From contig DALYDY010000003.1 of NCBI GenBank assembly GCA_031972855.1, positions 3,027 through 67,026 of the forward strand: 64,000 nucleotides of DNA. The letters are read 5' to 3'. The stretch comes from Minisyncoccota bacterium (lineage in GTDB: Bacteria > Patescibacteriota > Minisyncoccia > Phycocordibacterales > UBA9973). Position numbers and translations under genes: made by a program. Below, one piece after another: positions 1 to 10,145 of the stretch. Within the stretch, counting starts at the first letter, position 1, and each line of letters starts with the position of its first letter. The notes beneath the pieces were generated by a model. It had not been told where the DNA came from. It did no database searches and saw nothing but the letters and a program-made list of their open reading frames with translations.

Positions 1-346
1 TTTACGCCTGGAATTCCAAAATCATTTAATTCGCTTCCTAAAGCAAGTATTAAAGTATCGTATTCATAAGTATCATCTCGACAAATTATTTCTTTTTTAA
101 TTGGGTCAACAATATGAACTACATCATTTACAATATCTACTTTTTCTGGAAGAACATCAGACAATGGTATTGCGACCTCAATAGGAGAAGCAGAAGTAAC
201 AACACGATATAGTGCTGGATAATATTCAAAATATGTTTTATTTGATATAAGTGTTATTTGGGAATCATTAAAAGAAAAACGAGCAAGCTTTCTTGCAGCT
301 TGAATCCCAGCAAAACCACCACCAACAACAACAATTTTATGCTTCA
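1..346 (-). CDS. ndh: Type II NADH dehydrogenase / FAD-dependent pyridine nucleotide-disulfide oxidoreductase (N-terminal part; 3' end lies outside the window)
   Basis: The minus-strand frame reads MKHKIVVVGGGFAGIQAARKLA... This is a Rossmann GxGxxG dinucleotide-binding N-terminus typical of NDH-2. The ORF runs off the window edge. Confidence 0.6.
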
Positions 347-396
347 TAATATAAACATTGTACCATCTTTTTTAAATTTTGGTTTAATTAACAAAA

Positions 397-1815
397 CTAT
401 TCATCAACAAGCTCATATTCATCAAATTCATCTTTGTTTTCTATATTACTTTTTCTAAAAAATAATATATAAGTGAGTAGCGACATTACTATAATAATTC
501 CAGCAGCAAATATAAAATATTTAGTACTACTAGATTTTGTAGAATTTAAAGAGTTTGCTGTAAGATCTACAGCTTCAATATCTTCATCTATTTTATTATC
601 TAGTTTTTGTACAGAAATAATATCTTCGATAACATCATTTTTTGTTTCTATATTTTCTGTTATATAAATCTTCTTTATATTTGTAACAACTAGGGGTTTT
701 TGATCTTCAACATCATTTAAAGATAAAATCTGTCCATTAGGATACGAAATAAAAGTTTTTTCATTAGCTGAAAATCCTAAAATATTCTTTGATATGATTA
801 TATTCTTATTAGAAAAAATTATCATTCCTTTTGGAAAAATATATGTTTTATCTTCATTTATTACTTTCCAGTTTGATATTGAAATATCTTCATTACTTCT
901 ATTTGAAAATTCTATAGATCCGTCCGACAATTTATTTATTTCTATTTGTGGATTAATAACTTCAATTGGTATTGTAATTTCAGAAATAGAATCTTCTGTC
1001 CAAGAATTTTCAAAATAAGAAAGAGTAACAGCATAAGTACCTACAGTATTATAAGTGTGTTCAACTTTTTTGAGTTGTCTGTCTACATAAGAATTTCCAT
1101 CACCCATACTCCAAACAAAATATCCATAAGAGACTTTTTCACCAGACAATCCTATGATTTCAGGTGAAAAGATTGTTTTTATATGAGCTAAGACCTTCCT
1201 TTTTGGAGTACTTATACTCATCTTAATTGTAGGGACAACTTCTTTTTTAATTGTTTCTTTTTTCTCTGTAGTTGAAGAAGATTGAGTTCCTCCACTAGGA
1301 GATGTATTTGTATTTTGATTTGAAGAGACTCCACTATTTATTGCTTTTGGTGTTGGTTGTGCAGATATCCAACTTCCATTGGATTTTTGCATAGTTTCTT
1401 TTGTTGTATTGTCACCTGCAGGCCAACCAGATGAAAAAGATAAATTTTCTATAGAATTACCACTATTGTCTTTTAATATTAAATCTTCTCCAGAATTAGA
1501 AAAACCACTCCCAAATGGAGCCACCAAATCTGCAACTATATTCAAAACAGTATCATCATCAGTTCTTTCTATAAGATAGTATCCACCTGAATTAATGTTT
1601 CCAGAGAGGTTTATTGTTAGACCTCCATCAACTGAAATTATTTTCCACCCAGAAAGATCTATAGAATCTTGCCCGTCGTTAAATAATTCAATCCATTCAT
1701 TTGTAGATGAAACAGACGTACCCATCCAAGCTATTTCATTAATATAGACAGAAGCTCGAGCAATCGAACTTATTCCAAAAAACATAAATGTAGAGATGAG
1801 TAGAATCTTTTTCAT
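397..1815 (-). CDS. Secreted/membrane-anchored surface protein with a lamin-tail domain (LTD), a PKD-like domain and a C-terminal TM anchor
   Basis: Signal peptide MKKILLISTFMFFGISSIARA. LTD motif INEIAWMGTSVSSTNEWIELFN...LSGWKI. Ser/Thr-rich linker. PKD-like segment YGYFVWSMGDGNSY...TVGTYAVTLSY. A second LTD-like block and a terminal hydrophobic helix. Confidence 0.6.
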   Translation of the reverse strand: MKKILLISTFMFFGISSIARASVYINEIAWMGTSVSSTNEWIELFNDGQDSIDLSGWKIISVDGGLTINLSGNINSGGYYLIERTDDDTVLNIVADLVAPFGSGFSNSGEDLILKDNSGNSIENLSFSSGWPAGDNTTKETMQKSNGSWISAQPTPKAINSGVSSNQNTNTSPSGGTQSSSTTEKKETIKKEVVPTIKMSISTPKRKVLAHIKTIFSPEIIGLSGEKVSYGYFVWSMGDGNSYVDRQLKKVEHTYNTVGTYAVTLSYFENSWTEDSISEITIPIEVINPQIEINKLSDGSIEFSNRSNEDISISNWKVINEDKTYIFPKGMIIFSNKNIIISKNILGFSANEKTFISYPNGQILSLNDVEDQKPLVVTNIKKIYITENIETKNDVIEDIISVQKLDNKIDEDIEAVDLTANSLNSTKSSSTKYFIFAAGIIIVMSLLTYILFFRKSNIENKDEFDEYELVDE

Positions 1816-1830
1816 AAAATATTATATATA

Positions 1831-3798
1831 TTATTCTCCGTTTAAAACCTTTTTCAAAACTTCTTCAGGTACTTCTGAAACTTTTTTGTCTTGAATTATT
1901 GGTTTAGCTATATCAGGAGATTCTACTTTTTTTGGTTGTGGTGGTGGGGGTGGAACCTGAGAAGACAAGCTTTTCATTTTCTCTTTTAGAGCATTCATTT
2001 TATCTTCACTGGGACCTTTATCTGGTTTTTTTAGATCTGCGAGTGATACTACTTTAGGAATACTAATTTCCTTTTTGGGAACACTCACTATTTCTGCCAT
2101 ATCATTTTTCTCTAACAAATCAAGAATTTCTTTCATTTTTGGAGAATGTGGAGCGGGAAGTGGGTTTTCTTTTTTTACAAAAGAGATAGTCTGTGTATTT
2201 TTTTGAGGAAAAGAATTTTGAGGTTTTACTGATAGAGTATTTGTATTCTCTACTTTTTTTGTTTCTGAAAGGGAAGTCATTGTCACTTTATTTTGAACTG
2301 GTTCAACTTTTTTTACTTCTACAACTTCCCTTTTTTCACTATTAAAAATATTCAAAAGAGCACTTTTAAGTGGTTGGTGTGTTGGAGGTGTATCTTTTTT
2401 AGGAGAAGTGAAAACTTCTTTCCCTTTTTGAAGACTATCTTGTGTATTATTTTCTGTCTTTGGAATAAGATTTGTTTTTGGAACGTAGTCTGGTTTTTTC
2501 TTGGAGACTTCTTCACTCATAAGACTCAATCTAATAGACTCTTCTACACCCTCTCTCTTTCTTCCGTAGTTTTTACGTGAAGCTTCTGTAACCTCTTGTT
2601 TGAAGTCTTTTTCTAATTTTGGAAGAGGCGGAAGTGTTACCGCTGAAAAAGGTTTTGACCCAACACCATTAATCATTAGTCTTAAATAAATTTGAGCAAA
2701 ACCAAGATTCACCATATCTTCAGCTGTAAATATAGGAGAATATTCACGTTCGAATATTTCTGCATCAGCAGAACCAACGCGAAATGTAACCATAGTACCG
2801 ACGTTTCCAAAAACAGCAGCTTTCACTTGTTCTGACATCTGTTCTACATATTGGTGAGCAAGAGATAATGCGAGTTTATATTTTCTAGCCTCAGACAAAA
2901 TATCAGCAAAAGAGTCACTGGCAAATGATTGGAATTCGTCTACATGAAGATAAAAGAAAGGAAGTTTGTCGAGTTCTGATTTGTCTAGATCGGCGCGAGA
3001 CATAGCGGCAAGATATATCTTAGTGATAAGCATTCCTCCAAGAAGGTTTGCGTTTTGTTCACCAATACGCCCCTTTGAAAGGTTTATGATAAGAATCTTT
3101 TGATTATCCATCATGTCTCGAATATCAAAAGAAGATTTTGATTGACCGATCATGTTACGGATTAGAGGATTTGCTGTGAATTGTCCAATCTTATTTTGAA
3201 TAGAAGGCACAGCTTCAGCTGCCATACGCTCTGTATATTTTGCAAATTCATCAACCCAAAAAGATTTTACAGCAATATCAGTCACATGCTCCAAAACTTT
3301 ATTTCTAAAGTTTTTATCTGAAAGCATTTTATTTACAGAAAGAAGTGTTGCATCTGGATATTCGAGAAGTGCAAGAATAGTATTATTCAAAATATATTCC
3401 ATACGAGCACTCCATGCATCAGCCCAAATCTTCTTGAAAGTAGACATTAGACCAGACGCTACCAAGTGTCTTTTGTCTGCACCAATATTTTCCATTACAT
3501 TAAATGCGACTGGATTATCCAAATCAAACGGCGCGAAATAAACAACGTCATTAATGCGATGTTCGGGAACATACTCGAGCATCTTCTCAGCAAATGATCC
3601 GTGAGGATCAATCACTGCCAAACCTTCACCATTTTGAATATCTTGAGCAGCAAGATTTTCGAGAACTGTAGACTTTCCCATACCTGTCTTTCCAATAACA
3701 TAGAAATGACGTGCTCGGTCTTCAGACTTAATACCAAAAGGAACCTTCTTATTGCGGTAATCTGTTTGTGCAAAATAAGTGATTCTATCTTTGTTCAT
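1831..3798 (-). CDS. P-loop ATPase of the DUF87/TraD-VirD4/HerA-like family with a ~270-aa lysine/proline/glutamate-rich low-complexity C-terminal tail
   Basis: Walker A GKTGMGKST and Walker B-like FYLHVDEFQSF. No N-terminal TM helices. The C-terminal third is compositionally biased (K/P/E/S/T, PPPPPQPKK). Confidence 0.55.
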   Translation of the reverse strand: MNKDRITYFAQTDYRNKKVPFGIKSEDRARHFYVIGKTGMGKSTVLENLAAQDIQNGEGLAVIDPHGSFAEKMLEYVPEHRINDVVYFAPFDLDNPVAFNVMENIGADKRHLVASGLMSTFKKIWADAWSARMEYILNNTILALLEYPDATLLSVNKMLSDKNFRNKVLEHVTDIAVKSFWVDEFAKYTERMAAEAVPSIQNKIGQFTANPLIRNMIGQSKSSFDIRDMMDNQKILIINLSKGRIGEQNANLLGGMLITKIYLAAMSRADLDKSELDKLPFFYLHVDEFQSFASDSFADILSEARKYKLALSLAHQYVEQMSEQVKAAVFGNVGTMVTFRVGSADAEIFEREYSPIFTAEDMVNLGFAQIYLRLMINGVGSKPFSAVTLPPLPKLEKDFKQEVTEASRKNYGRKREGVEESIRLSLMSEEVSKKKPDYVPKTNLIPKTENNTQDSLQKGKEVFTSPKKDTPPTHQPLKSALLNIFNSEKREVVEVKKVEPVQNKVTMTSLSETKKVENTNTLSVKPQNSFPQKNTQTISFVKKENPLPAPHSPKMKEILDLLEKNDMAEIVSVPKKEISIPKVVSLADLKKPDKGPSEDKMNALKEKMKSLSSQVPPPPPQPKKVESPDIAKPIIQDKKVSEVPEEVLKKVLNGE

Positions 3799-3865
3799 TA
3801 AGCAAATTATACCTTACTACACACAAAAACAAAAAGAGAGTGTTGGGGAAGGAATAAATAAGATT

Positions 3866-3985
3866 TGACCAGGTAGTAGATTTTGATAATAGAATTATTT
3901 ATTAAAATAATTCCCATACAAATATTTATCAAAATTCACCACCTGGTTGATAAAATATGAGTATTTGTTATAGTAAACGCAAATT
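3866..3985 (+). promoter_or_regulatory. Divergent intergenic region with sigma70-like boxes and an imperfect inverted repeat
   Basis: TTGACC, a ~17-nt spacer, then tgaTAAT. A second TTGATA-N17-TATAGT lies just upstream of the 4001 ORF. The inverted repeat is gaccaggtagt/accacctggtt. Confidence 0.3.
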
Positions 3986-4000
3986 TAAAACCCAATACTT

Positions 4001-4303
4001 ATGATAAACAAGTTAAAAGAAAAAATTATTCTTGACCTTAATGAACACGAAAATGCAAAGCATTGCCAACACTCATTCTCTACATGTACATGGACATTCC
4101 GTCAGGAAGAAAATTCACCTGAAGTAAAGAAGTGTAAACTTCTTGAAATTTGTAATTTAACAAAAGATATTTTATCTGTAACAATAGATGGAGAGCGCAC
4201 TCTATTTGAGTTTGGAGTAAGTGATAAACAAGATGAGGATAATTATAAAATCATCACCGCGCTTATTTCAGAATTTGTCCCACAACAAAAAGAAAGTTCC
4301 TAA
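4001..4303 (+). CDS. Hypothetical protein (100 aa)
   Basis: ORF only. No recognisable motif. Confidence 0.3.
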   Translation: MINKLKEKIILDLNEHENAKHCQHSFSTCTWTFRQEENSPEVKKCKLLEICNLTKDILSVTIDGERTLFEFGVSDKQDEDNYKIITALISEFVPQQKESS

Positions 4304-4348
4304 CAAAAAATCATTACCTGGTAATGATTTTTTTATTTTTTAAATGTA

Positions 4349-4765
4349 TTATATAAACGTTTTCTCAACTAAATTTTTTACCACATCTCTGATTTCACAC
4401 GTTTTTTCATATGTGCAGCCTTTTGGATTTTCAACCTCCCATAAAATAACTTTTGGATTATTTTCCAGATATTCGGGCCAAGTATCTTTTTCTGCCATAA
4501 CGACAATAGTATCAAAATCATCGACGAGGTCTGGAGTAATTTGTTTTCTTCTTTGTTCAGAATAATCAAATCCGATCTCTTTCATTGCTCGAATATCGTC
4601 TTCAACTGATTCCATTTTAATATCACAAATTCTTTGTCCTTCAAATTCATTTACACGAGTGCCACACGCGTCAGCAGTACCACCGTTAACACATAATTTA
4701 TTATAAAATTCTTTCGCCATTTGGCTTCTCCCAATATTTCCTCTACAGACAAATAAGACTTTCAT
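4349..4765 (-). CDS. Low-molecular-weight protein-tyrosine phosphatase / ArsC-like family
   Basis: N-terminal P-loop VLFVCRGNIGRSQMA (CX5R(S/T) signature). Confidence 0.7.
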   Translation of the reverse strand: MKVLFVCRGNIGRSQMAKEFYNKLCVNGGTADACGTRVNEFEGQRICDIKMESVEDDIRAMKEIGFDYSEQRRKQITPDLVDDFDTIVVMAEKDTWPEYLENNPKVILWEVENPKGCTYEKTCEIRDVVKNLVEKTFI

Positions 4766-4769
4766 ATAT

Positions 4770-5510
4770 TTATTTCAAATTCCTCTTCCACTCATACATG
4801 AGGATAGCTGAAGCAACAGAAGCGTTGAGCGAATCAGCACCACTTGCCATAGGGATTTTGAGTAAGATATCGCAGACTTCTTGAGTCTTTGCGCGAATAC
4901 CATCATGTTCATTACCAATAACAAACACTACAGGAGTTTCAAATTTTTCATCAGATATATTGTTTTCTGCTTTTTCAGAAAGCCCATAAATCCAAAATCC
5001 TTTTTCTTTTAATTTTGAAAGTGAAGTGTTTACATTTACAACTTCAACGATAGGAATTTTTGATACAAGGCCGGCAGAAGTTTTGTAGACAGTTCCGTTG
5101 ATATGGGCTTGATTGTGTTTTGGCATAAGAATTGCAGAAGCACCAAGACATACAGCAGAACGAATAATAGCACCTACATTACCAGCATCAGTAAGCTCAT
5201 CTAGAAGAATAATACTTGTCTTGATTGTAGGTTTTATGTTATTTAAAAAATCATCAAAATTTAAAGTTTTTGGTAATCCAACAACAAGAACAACTCCTTG
5301 AGTATTTTTACTTTCCAAATCTTTTTCAAATTTTTTATCGAATTCTTTTGCAGGAATTTCTCTTACATAAGATTTTTTATTTGTTATAAAAGGTGAAATC
5401 TTTTTTAGAGAATCACTGCCTTTGCGTATCAAAATCTCTTTTACACTCATTGGTGAATCTTTTAAAACTTCTATTGATGGGTGAATCCCATATATGTATA
5501 TTTCTTCCAT
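4770..5510 (-). CDS. rlmB: SpoU/TrmH-family RNA 2'-O-methyltransferase (RlmB-like)
   Basis: SPOUT motifs ILLDELTDAGNVGAIIRSA and LNASVASAIL. Size is 246 aa. Confidence 0.7.
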   Translation of the reverse strand: MEEIYIYGIHPSIEVLKDSPMSVKEILIRKGSDSLKKISPFITNKKSYVREIPAKEFDKKFEKDLESKNTQGVVLVVGLPKTLNFDDFLNNIKPTIKTSIILLDELTDAGNVGAIIRSAVCLGASAILMPKHNQAHINGTVYKTSAGLVSKIPIVEVVNVNTSLSKLKEKGFWIYGLSEKAENNISDEKFETPVVFVIGNEHDGIRAKTQEVCDILLKIPMASGADSLNASVASAILMYEWKRNLK

Positions 5511-5513
5511 AAA

Positions 5514-6929
5514 TTATGAGAGTAGTTTAACTAATACTTCTTTTACAACACTTGGATTAGCTGAGCCTTTTGACTCTTTCATAATGCGTCCAACGAAGAA
5601 CATGAGGGCATTTTCTTTTCCATTTTTATAATCCTCTACAACACTAGGATTTTCTTCTATGAGCTTTTTTGCGATTTCTTCGATAGGTCCAGTATCATTT
5701 GATTGGAACATTCCATTTTTTTCTGCAATAGAAACAGGGGATTCATCTGAAAGAACAATCATTCCTAATATATCTTTTGTGGCGCGTGAAGAAATTTTTC
5801 CTTCTGTAAAAAGGGAAGCCAGTTCTGCAAAATTTTCAAGAGAGGGAAGTCTCACCTCTTCATTTGCCTTTTTCAAGCCAATAAAATCAGATGTGATTAG
5901 ATTTGATACTGTTTTGTAAGCTTCTTTATTATCACCAATATTAAAAACAACACCTTCAAAATAATCTGATAGGGTCTTATCATTTATATATACTTCTATG
6001 TCCTCTGCTTTTATGCCAAAATCATTCGCAAATCTAACTCTTTTTTGTTCTGGGAGTTCTGGAAGAGATTCTTTTATTTTATCCAAATCAAACATTTCAT
6101 GAAGATACATTTTTGGTAAATCTGGATCAGGAAAATATCTGTAGTCTTCACTATTCTCCTTTGTACGTTGTGAGAATGTAGATTGTTTTGCTTCATCCCA
6201 TCCACGAGTTTCTTGAACTATTTCATTTTCTCTTCCTGCTTCATACAGATCTGTCATACGAGCAATTTCATATTTTGCAGCACGCTCTACCGCGCGGAAT
6301 GAGTTAATATTTTTTACTTCAACCTTTGTTCCAAATTTTTCTTTTGAAGGGGAGATAGAAATATTCAATTCTACACGCATCTCACCTTTTTCCATGTTTG
6401 CATCTGAGACTCCCAAGTATTGCAAAAGAGTCTGGAGTTCCCGTCCAAATTTTCCTGCATCTTCTGGAGTATGAATACATGGCTCTGTCACAAGCTCCAT
6501 CAAAGGCACTCCCGCACGATTATAGTCAACAAGAGAAAAATCCCCTCTATCATGTTTTGAAGTTCCTGTATCTTCTTCTAAATGAATTCGTGTAATATCT
6601 ACACCTGCGAGATGACCACCTGACACTATAGGGTATTTGTACTGACTGATCTGATAACCTTTTGGAATATCTGGATAGAAATAATTCTTGCGATCAAACT
6701 CCGTAAAATTTGCAATATTTCCATTCAAAGCAAGCCCAACCTTAATCACGTGTTCGACTGCTTGCTTGTTGATAGTTGGAAGAGTCCCTGGATGTGCAAG
6801 TGATACAGGGTCAATATTAACATTTGGATTTTCTTCGTCAGGATCGTTTTTTGCACTTGAAAACATTTTTGTCTTTGTTTTCAATTCTGCATGAATTTCA
6901 AGTCCTATTGTTGTGTAGTATGTGTTCAT
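5514..6929 (-). CDS. gatB: Asp-tRNA(Asn)/Glu-tRNA(Gln) amidotransferase subunit B
   Basis: N-terminus YTTIGLEIHAELKTKTKMF. C-terminal GatB/YqeY-type domain. Size is 471 aa. Confidence 0.85.
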   Translation of the reverse strand: MNTYYTTIGLEIHAELKTKTKMFSSAKNDPDEENPNVNIDPVSLAHPGTLPTINKQAVEHVIKVGLALNGNIANFTEFDRKNYFYPDIPKGYQISQYKYPIVSGGHLAGVDITRIHLEEDTGTSKHDRGDFSLVDYNRAGVPLMELVTEPCIHTPEDAGKFGRELQTLLQYLGVSDANMEKGEMRVELNISISPSKEKFGTKVEVKNINSFRAVERAAKYEIARMTDLYEAGRENEIVQETRGWDEAKQSTFSQRTKENSEDYRYFPDPDLPKMYLHEMFDLDKIKESLPELPEQKRVRFANDFGIKAEDIEVYINDKTLSDYFEGVVFNIGDNKEAYKTVSNLITSDFIGLKKANEEVRLPSLENFAELASLFTEGKISSRATKDILGMIVLSDESPVSIAEKNGMFQSNDTGPIEEIAKKLIEENPSVVEDYKNGKENALMFFVGRIMKESKGSANPSVVKEVLVKLLS

Positions 6930-7033
6930 AGAATATGGGTATTATAGCAGATTTTTTGACTCTCCTCACCTACCCAATCCCCGATTTGACACAGATAAAA
7001 ACAAAGAGTATAGTTTTAACAAATCCAGAAAAA

Positions 7034-7387
7034 ATGAAGAAGTTACACAACTATGTAGTGTCGGAGGCAAACATAGCCTCAATCTACGACAAAGTAAAAA
7101 AACTTCTGGAAGGAGCAAATACGAGGATTGATGAAATCACGAATCTTCGCCTCGTTAACGAGGTAAAATTCTTAAAGAAAAGTGATTTAAAAAATTCTTG
7201 TATAAAGATTGATTGGGTTGTTGAAAATACAACAAAAACAATCTTAGTAACAGCGTTAGACAAAGTTGAATTCTTAGGAACTCGTTCTGTGTACATAAAA
7301 CACAAAACAGAAGGCATCCTAAGAACAACATTATTTTATGTTGTTCAAAAACAAATTATTCCAGAAGAAAACCCGGAAACTCAGTAA
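7034..7387 (+). CDS. Hypothetical protein. ORF-track start is 6935; an internal Met at 7034 is preferred.
   Basis: TTGACA-N17-TATAGT (6986-7014) lies inside the longer ORF, about 20 nt upstream of ATG 7034. No known motif. Confidence 0.3.
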   Translation: MKKLHNYVVSEANIASIYDKVKKLLEGANTRIDEITNLRLVNEVKFLKKSDLKNSCIKIDWVVENTTKTILVTALDKVEFLGTRSVYIKHKTEGILRTTLFYVVQKQIIPEENPETQ

Positions 7388-7412
7388 TAGTTTCCGGGTT
7401 TTATTTTTTTAT
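7369..7412. terminator. Bidirectional intrinsic terminator between the convergent 7034 ORF and obg
   Basis: aaacccggaaact/agtttccgggttt stem with a T-run. The stop codons of both genes fall within or adjacent to the hairpin. Confidence 0.6.
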
Positions 7413-8380
7413 TTACTTCTTAATATTTTTATAAAATCATCTGAGAATTTCTTTATAGAAACATCATCAAATAAAGATATAGAGAAAACAGATTTTCCAA
7501 ATTGCTCAAACTTTTTAGAAATTTCTTCTACAACTCCACTATCTACCATATCTGTTTTTGTTAGAAGAATTATTTCTTCTTTTTCAAAAAGACCTTCTCC
7601 ATACCCTTTCAATTCATTTCTAATATTATTATAGTCGGTCACAGGGTCAGCGCTTTCAAGCGATACTAGATGTATCAATATTTTTGTTTTCTTAATGTGT
7701 CTCAAGAATTTTATTCCCAAACCTTTACCTTCACTTGCACCTTCAATCAGTCCTGGAATATCAGCGAGTATGTATCCGTGAAATGAGCCGAGATTTGGCT
7801 CGAGTGTTGTAAAGGCATATGCGCCAATTTTAGCAGTAGCATTAGTAAGAACATTCAAGAGAGATGATTTACCCGCATTAGGAAGACCTACAAATCCAAC
7901 TTCAGCAATAAGTTCAACGACAACAGAAAACGCTCCTTTGTCACCATTTTTACCCTTAGTTGCAGTAGTTGGTGTTGTATTGAGAGAACTTTTAAAGTGG
8001 TCATTTCCAAGACCTCCTTGACCACCACGAAGTATAAGGACTTTTTGTCCTTCTACTTCGAGTAAGAAAGAATATCCTGTGTTTTTGTCTGTTACTTTTG
8101 AACCGACAGGCAAATCAAGAACGAAGTCTTCCCCATCCTTCCCATGCTTTCTTCCTCCAGCTCCTGATTCACCCATTTCACCTTCAAAATTTGGATTGGC
8201 TTTATATTTAGAAAGAAGAGTTACATCACGAACACCACGAACATAGACATCTCCACCTTTTCCTCCATCTCCACCCCATGGTCCTCCACGATCAATATAT
8301 TTCTCTTGGCGCCAACGAACAACCCCGTCTCCTCCACGTCCAGCTTTACAGTTTATTATCAGTTCATCAACAAATGCCAT
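7409..8380 (-). CDS. obg: GTPase Obg/CgtA
   Basis: Obg fold N-terminus FVDELIINCKAGRGGDGVVRWRQEKY...GGDGGKGGDVY. G1 GLPNAGKS, G3 DIPG. Confidence 0.85.
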   Translation of the reverse strand: MAFVDELIINCKAGRGGDGVVRWRQEKYIDRGGPWGGDGGKGGDVYVRGVRDVTLLSKYKANPNFEGEMGESGAGGRKHGKDGEDFVLDLPVGSKVTDKNTGYSFLLEVEGQKVLILRGGQGGLGNDHFKSSLNTTPTTATKGKNGDKGAFSVVVELIAEVGFVGLPNAGKSSLLNVLTNATAKIGAYAFTTLEPNLGSFHGYILADIPGLIEGASEGKGLGIKFLRHIKKTKILIHLVSLESADPVTDYNNIRNELKGYGEGLFEKEEIILLTKTDMVDSGVVEEISKKFEQFGKSVFSISLFDDVSIKKFSDDFIKILRSK

Positions 8381-8386
8381 ATATGC

Positions 8387-9286
8387 TTATTCTACAGCAT
8401 TTTTTGCCATTTGTACAGCTCCTTCTTTTGACTTTGTAATACACATTAATTTTTGATGACAAAAAATTGCATCAGGAACACCTGAGACTATAGACAAACA
8501 TTCATTACGAAGACCCGCCCACTCTATTGGGAAATCTTTTCTATTTTTAAATGATATTCCAGACTCTCTAACACAAACCGCTTTCCAGTTCCCTTCTTTA
8601 GAATGAATAATAATGAAGCAAGGTTCTGTATATTGTCCTGCAAGAAAAGCTGCTGGCTCACGATGCATATCATTTTCTTCTATAATCAAAATTCTTTTAT
8701 CTTCTGCTTTGTTGTAAGCATCTTCGACAATCTTTTTTATACGACTCTGATCTTTTGCTTCTTTTATTTCTTTACGAATAATTTTTTCTGCAAGATAAAC
8801 AAGTCTGATGAAGTTTTTATATAAATGACAATCAGTTCCTTTTGGAGGAAATATTGCATAAAAAACTTCGTGAATTCTGTAAGGGAAAATATTTACAAAT
8901 TTTGACTCTACCAAATCAACCCCATTATCAACAGCGTCTATAGGTGTAACAAGTCTTCGTTCTATTTGTTCATACGCAAAAGCATCATTATCTGTTAGAG
9001 TGTTTCCAAATGTTTTCCACAACAATCCAAAAGATGCATAAGGTATTCCGTTTTGTCTCTTACCAGCACCACCTGATTGATGATGATCAAAACGTCCTTC
9101 TTCTTCAGAATATATACTTCCAACATCGACAACATAATCAGCGCTTGAAAAAAGATTTTCATCACGAGTGCGGACTATCTTTATATTTCCATTATGAAGT
9201 ATAGAAAGTACCGCACATGCAAATATCTCATCTACATGATACGAACCATTGTGTGTTATTACTTTTTTCTTTTTATTCCAAAACAT
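8387..9286 (-). CDS. MYG1/UPF0160-family metal-dependent hydrolase
   Basis: THNGSYHVDE and FDHHQ motifs characteristic of MYG1. Confidence 0.6.
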   Translation of the reverse strand: MFWNKKKKVITHNGSYHVDEIFACAVLSILHNGNIKIVRTRDENLFSSADYVVDVGSIYSEEEGRFDHHQSGGAGKRQNGIPYASFGLLWKTFGNTLTDNDAFAYEQIERRLVTPIDAVDNGVDLVESKFVNIFPYRIHEVFYAIFPPKGTDCHLYKNFIRLVYLAEKIIRKEIKEAKDQSRIKKIVEDAYNKAEDKRILIIEENDMHREPAAFLAGQYTEPCFIIIHSKEGNWKAVCVRESGISFKNRKDFPIEWAGLRNECLSIVSGVPDAIFCHQKLMCITKSKEGAVQMAKNAVE

Positions 9287-9288
9287 TA

Positions 9289-9636
9289 TTAATCAAAATT
9301 TAAAATCTTCCCTCCTATATAATTTATAACAGATACAACAACAGACCCGAGAAACGCAGCTTTGAATGTTAGAATAGAAAAACCATCTATATAACCTTGT
9401 CCCAAAAACCAAAATATCAAAACATTTACCAGAATTGAAAATAATCCAAAAGTTATAAGATTTATTGGCAATGTAAGAATATTAATTATTGGTTTAACCA
9501 GAGTATTAATAATGTACAAAATCGCACCCACAATCAATGCTGTCCAAGCAGGATTTATAACAATCCCCTCCTTTACAACAAAGGGTGTAGCAAATACAGC
9601 GACAGATAGTATTAAAAAATGATAAAAGATTTTCAT
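9289..9636 (-). CDS. Small multi-pass membrane protein of the DUF360 / phage holin-4 superfamily
   Basis: Four hydrophobic helices and the YIDGFSI motif. Size is 115 aa. Confidence 0.45.
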   Translation of the reverse strand: MKIFYHFLILSVAVFATPFVVKEGIVINPAWTALIVGAILYIINTLVKPIINILTLPINLITFGLFSILVNVLIFWFLGQGYIDGFSILTFKAAFLGSVVVSVINYIGGKILNFD

Positions 9637-9644
9637 ATCATTTA

Positions 9645-10088
9645 TTATAAACTATCCACAACCTTCTTCACTACAGTTCCATCGGCTTTACCTTTCAACT
9701 CTTTCATCATTGTTGCCATTACTATTCCCTTCTTAGATAGATCAAGTCCGAGTTCAGACATTTTTGAATTAACAAAAGAAAGCACTTCAGATTCAGACAT
9801 TTGTTCTGGAAGATATTTTTCGAGAATTTCTAATTGAGTTTTTTCTTCCAAAACCAAATCTTGGCGCCCTCCTTTTTCAAATTGTTCTATAGAATCTTTT
9901 CTTTGTTTTGCTAGGCGCGTGATCACTGCAAGTACTTCTTCATCAGAAAGAATCTCTTGAGGTTTCTTTCCTTTCGCTACGAGTTCGTTTGTACATGCAG
10001 ACATAATTCCACGTATAACATCAAGTGCCGCTTGATTCTTAGCAATCATTGCTTCTTTTAATTGAATTTTAAGGTTTTCTTGTAACAT
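9645..10088 (-). CDS. yqeY: GatB/YqeY domain protein
   Basis: ALDVIRGIMSACTNE...ILEKYLP pattern typical of the YqeY family. Size is 147 aa. Confidence 0.7.
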   Translation of the reverse strand: MLQENLKIQLKEAMIAKNQAALDVIRGIMSACTNELVAKGKKPQEILSDEEVLAVITRLAKQRKDSIEQFEKGGRQDLVLEEKTQLEILEKYLPEQMSESEVLSFVNSKMSELGLDLSKKGIVMATMMKELKGKADGTVVKKVVDSL

Positions 10089-10095
10089 ATAGTTT

Positions 10096-10130
10096 AAAAG
10101 TAGTTAGTAAATAGTAATTAGAATATAGAC
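10096..10130 (+). repeat. 35-bp direct repeat, copy 1 (aaaagtagttagtaaatagtaattagaatatagac)
   Basis: Exact identity to 11296-11330 on reading. Confidence 0.85.
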
Positions 10131-10145
10131 TTAATAATACCTGAT

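Noticed and set aside
8387-9636. Holin-like DUF360 gene as a sign of a prophage
   Set aside because: No terminase, capsid, integrase or lysin genes nearby. DUF360 proteins are common chromosomal membrane proteins.
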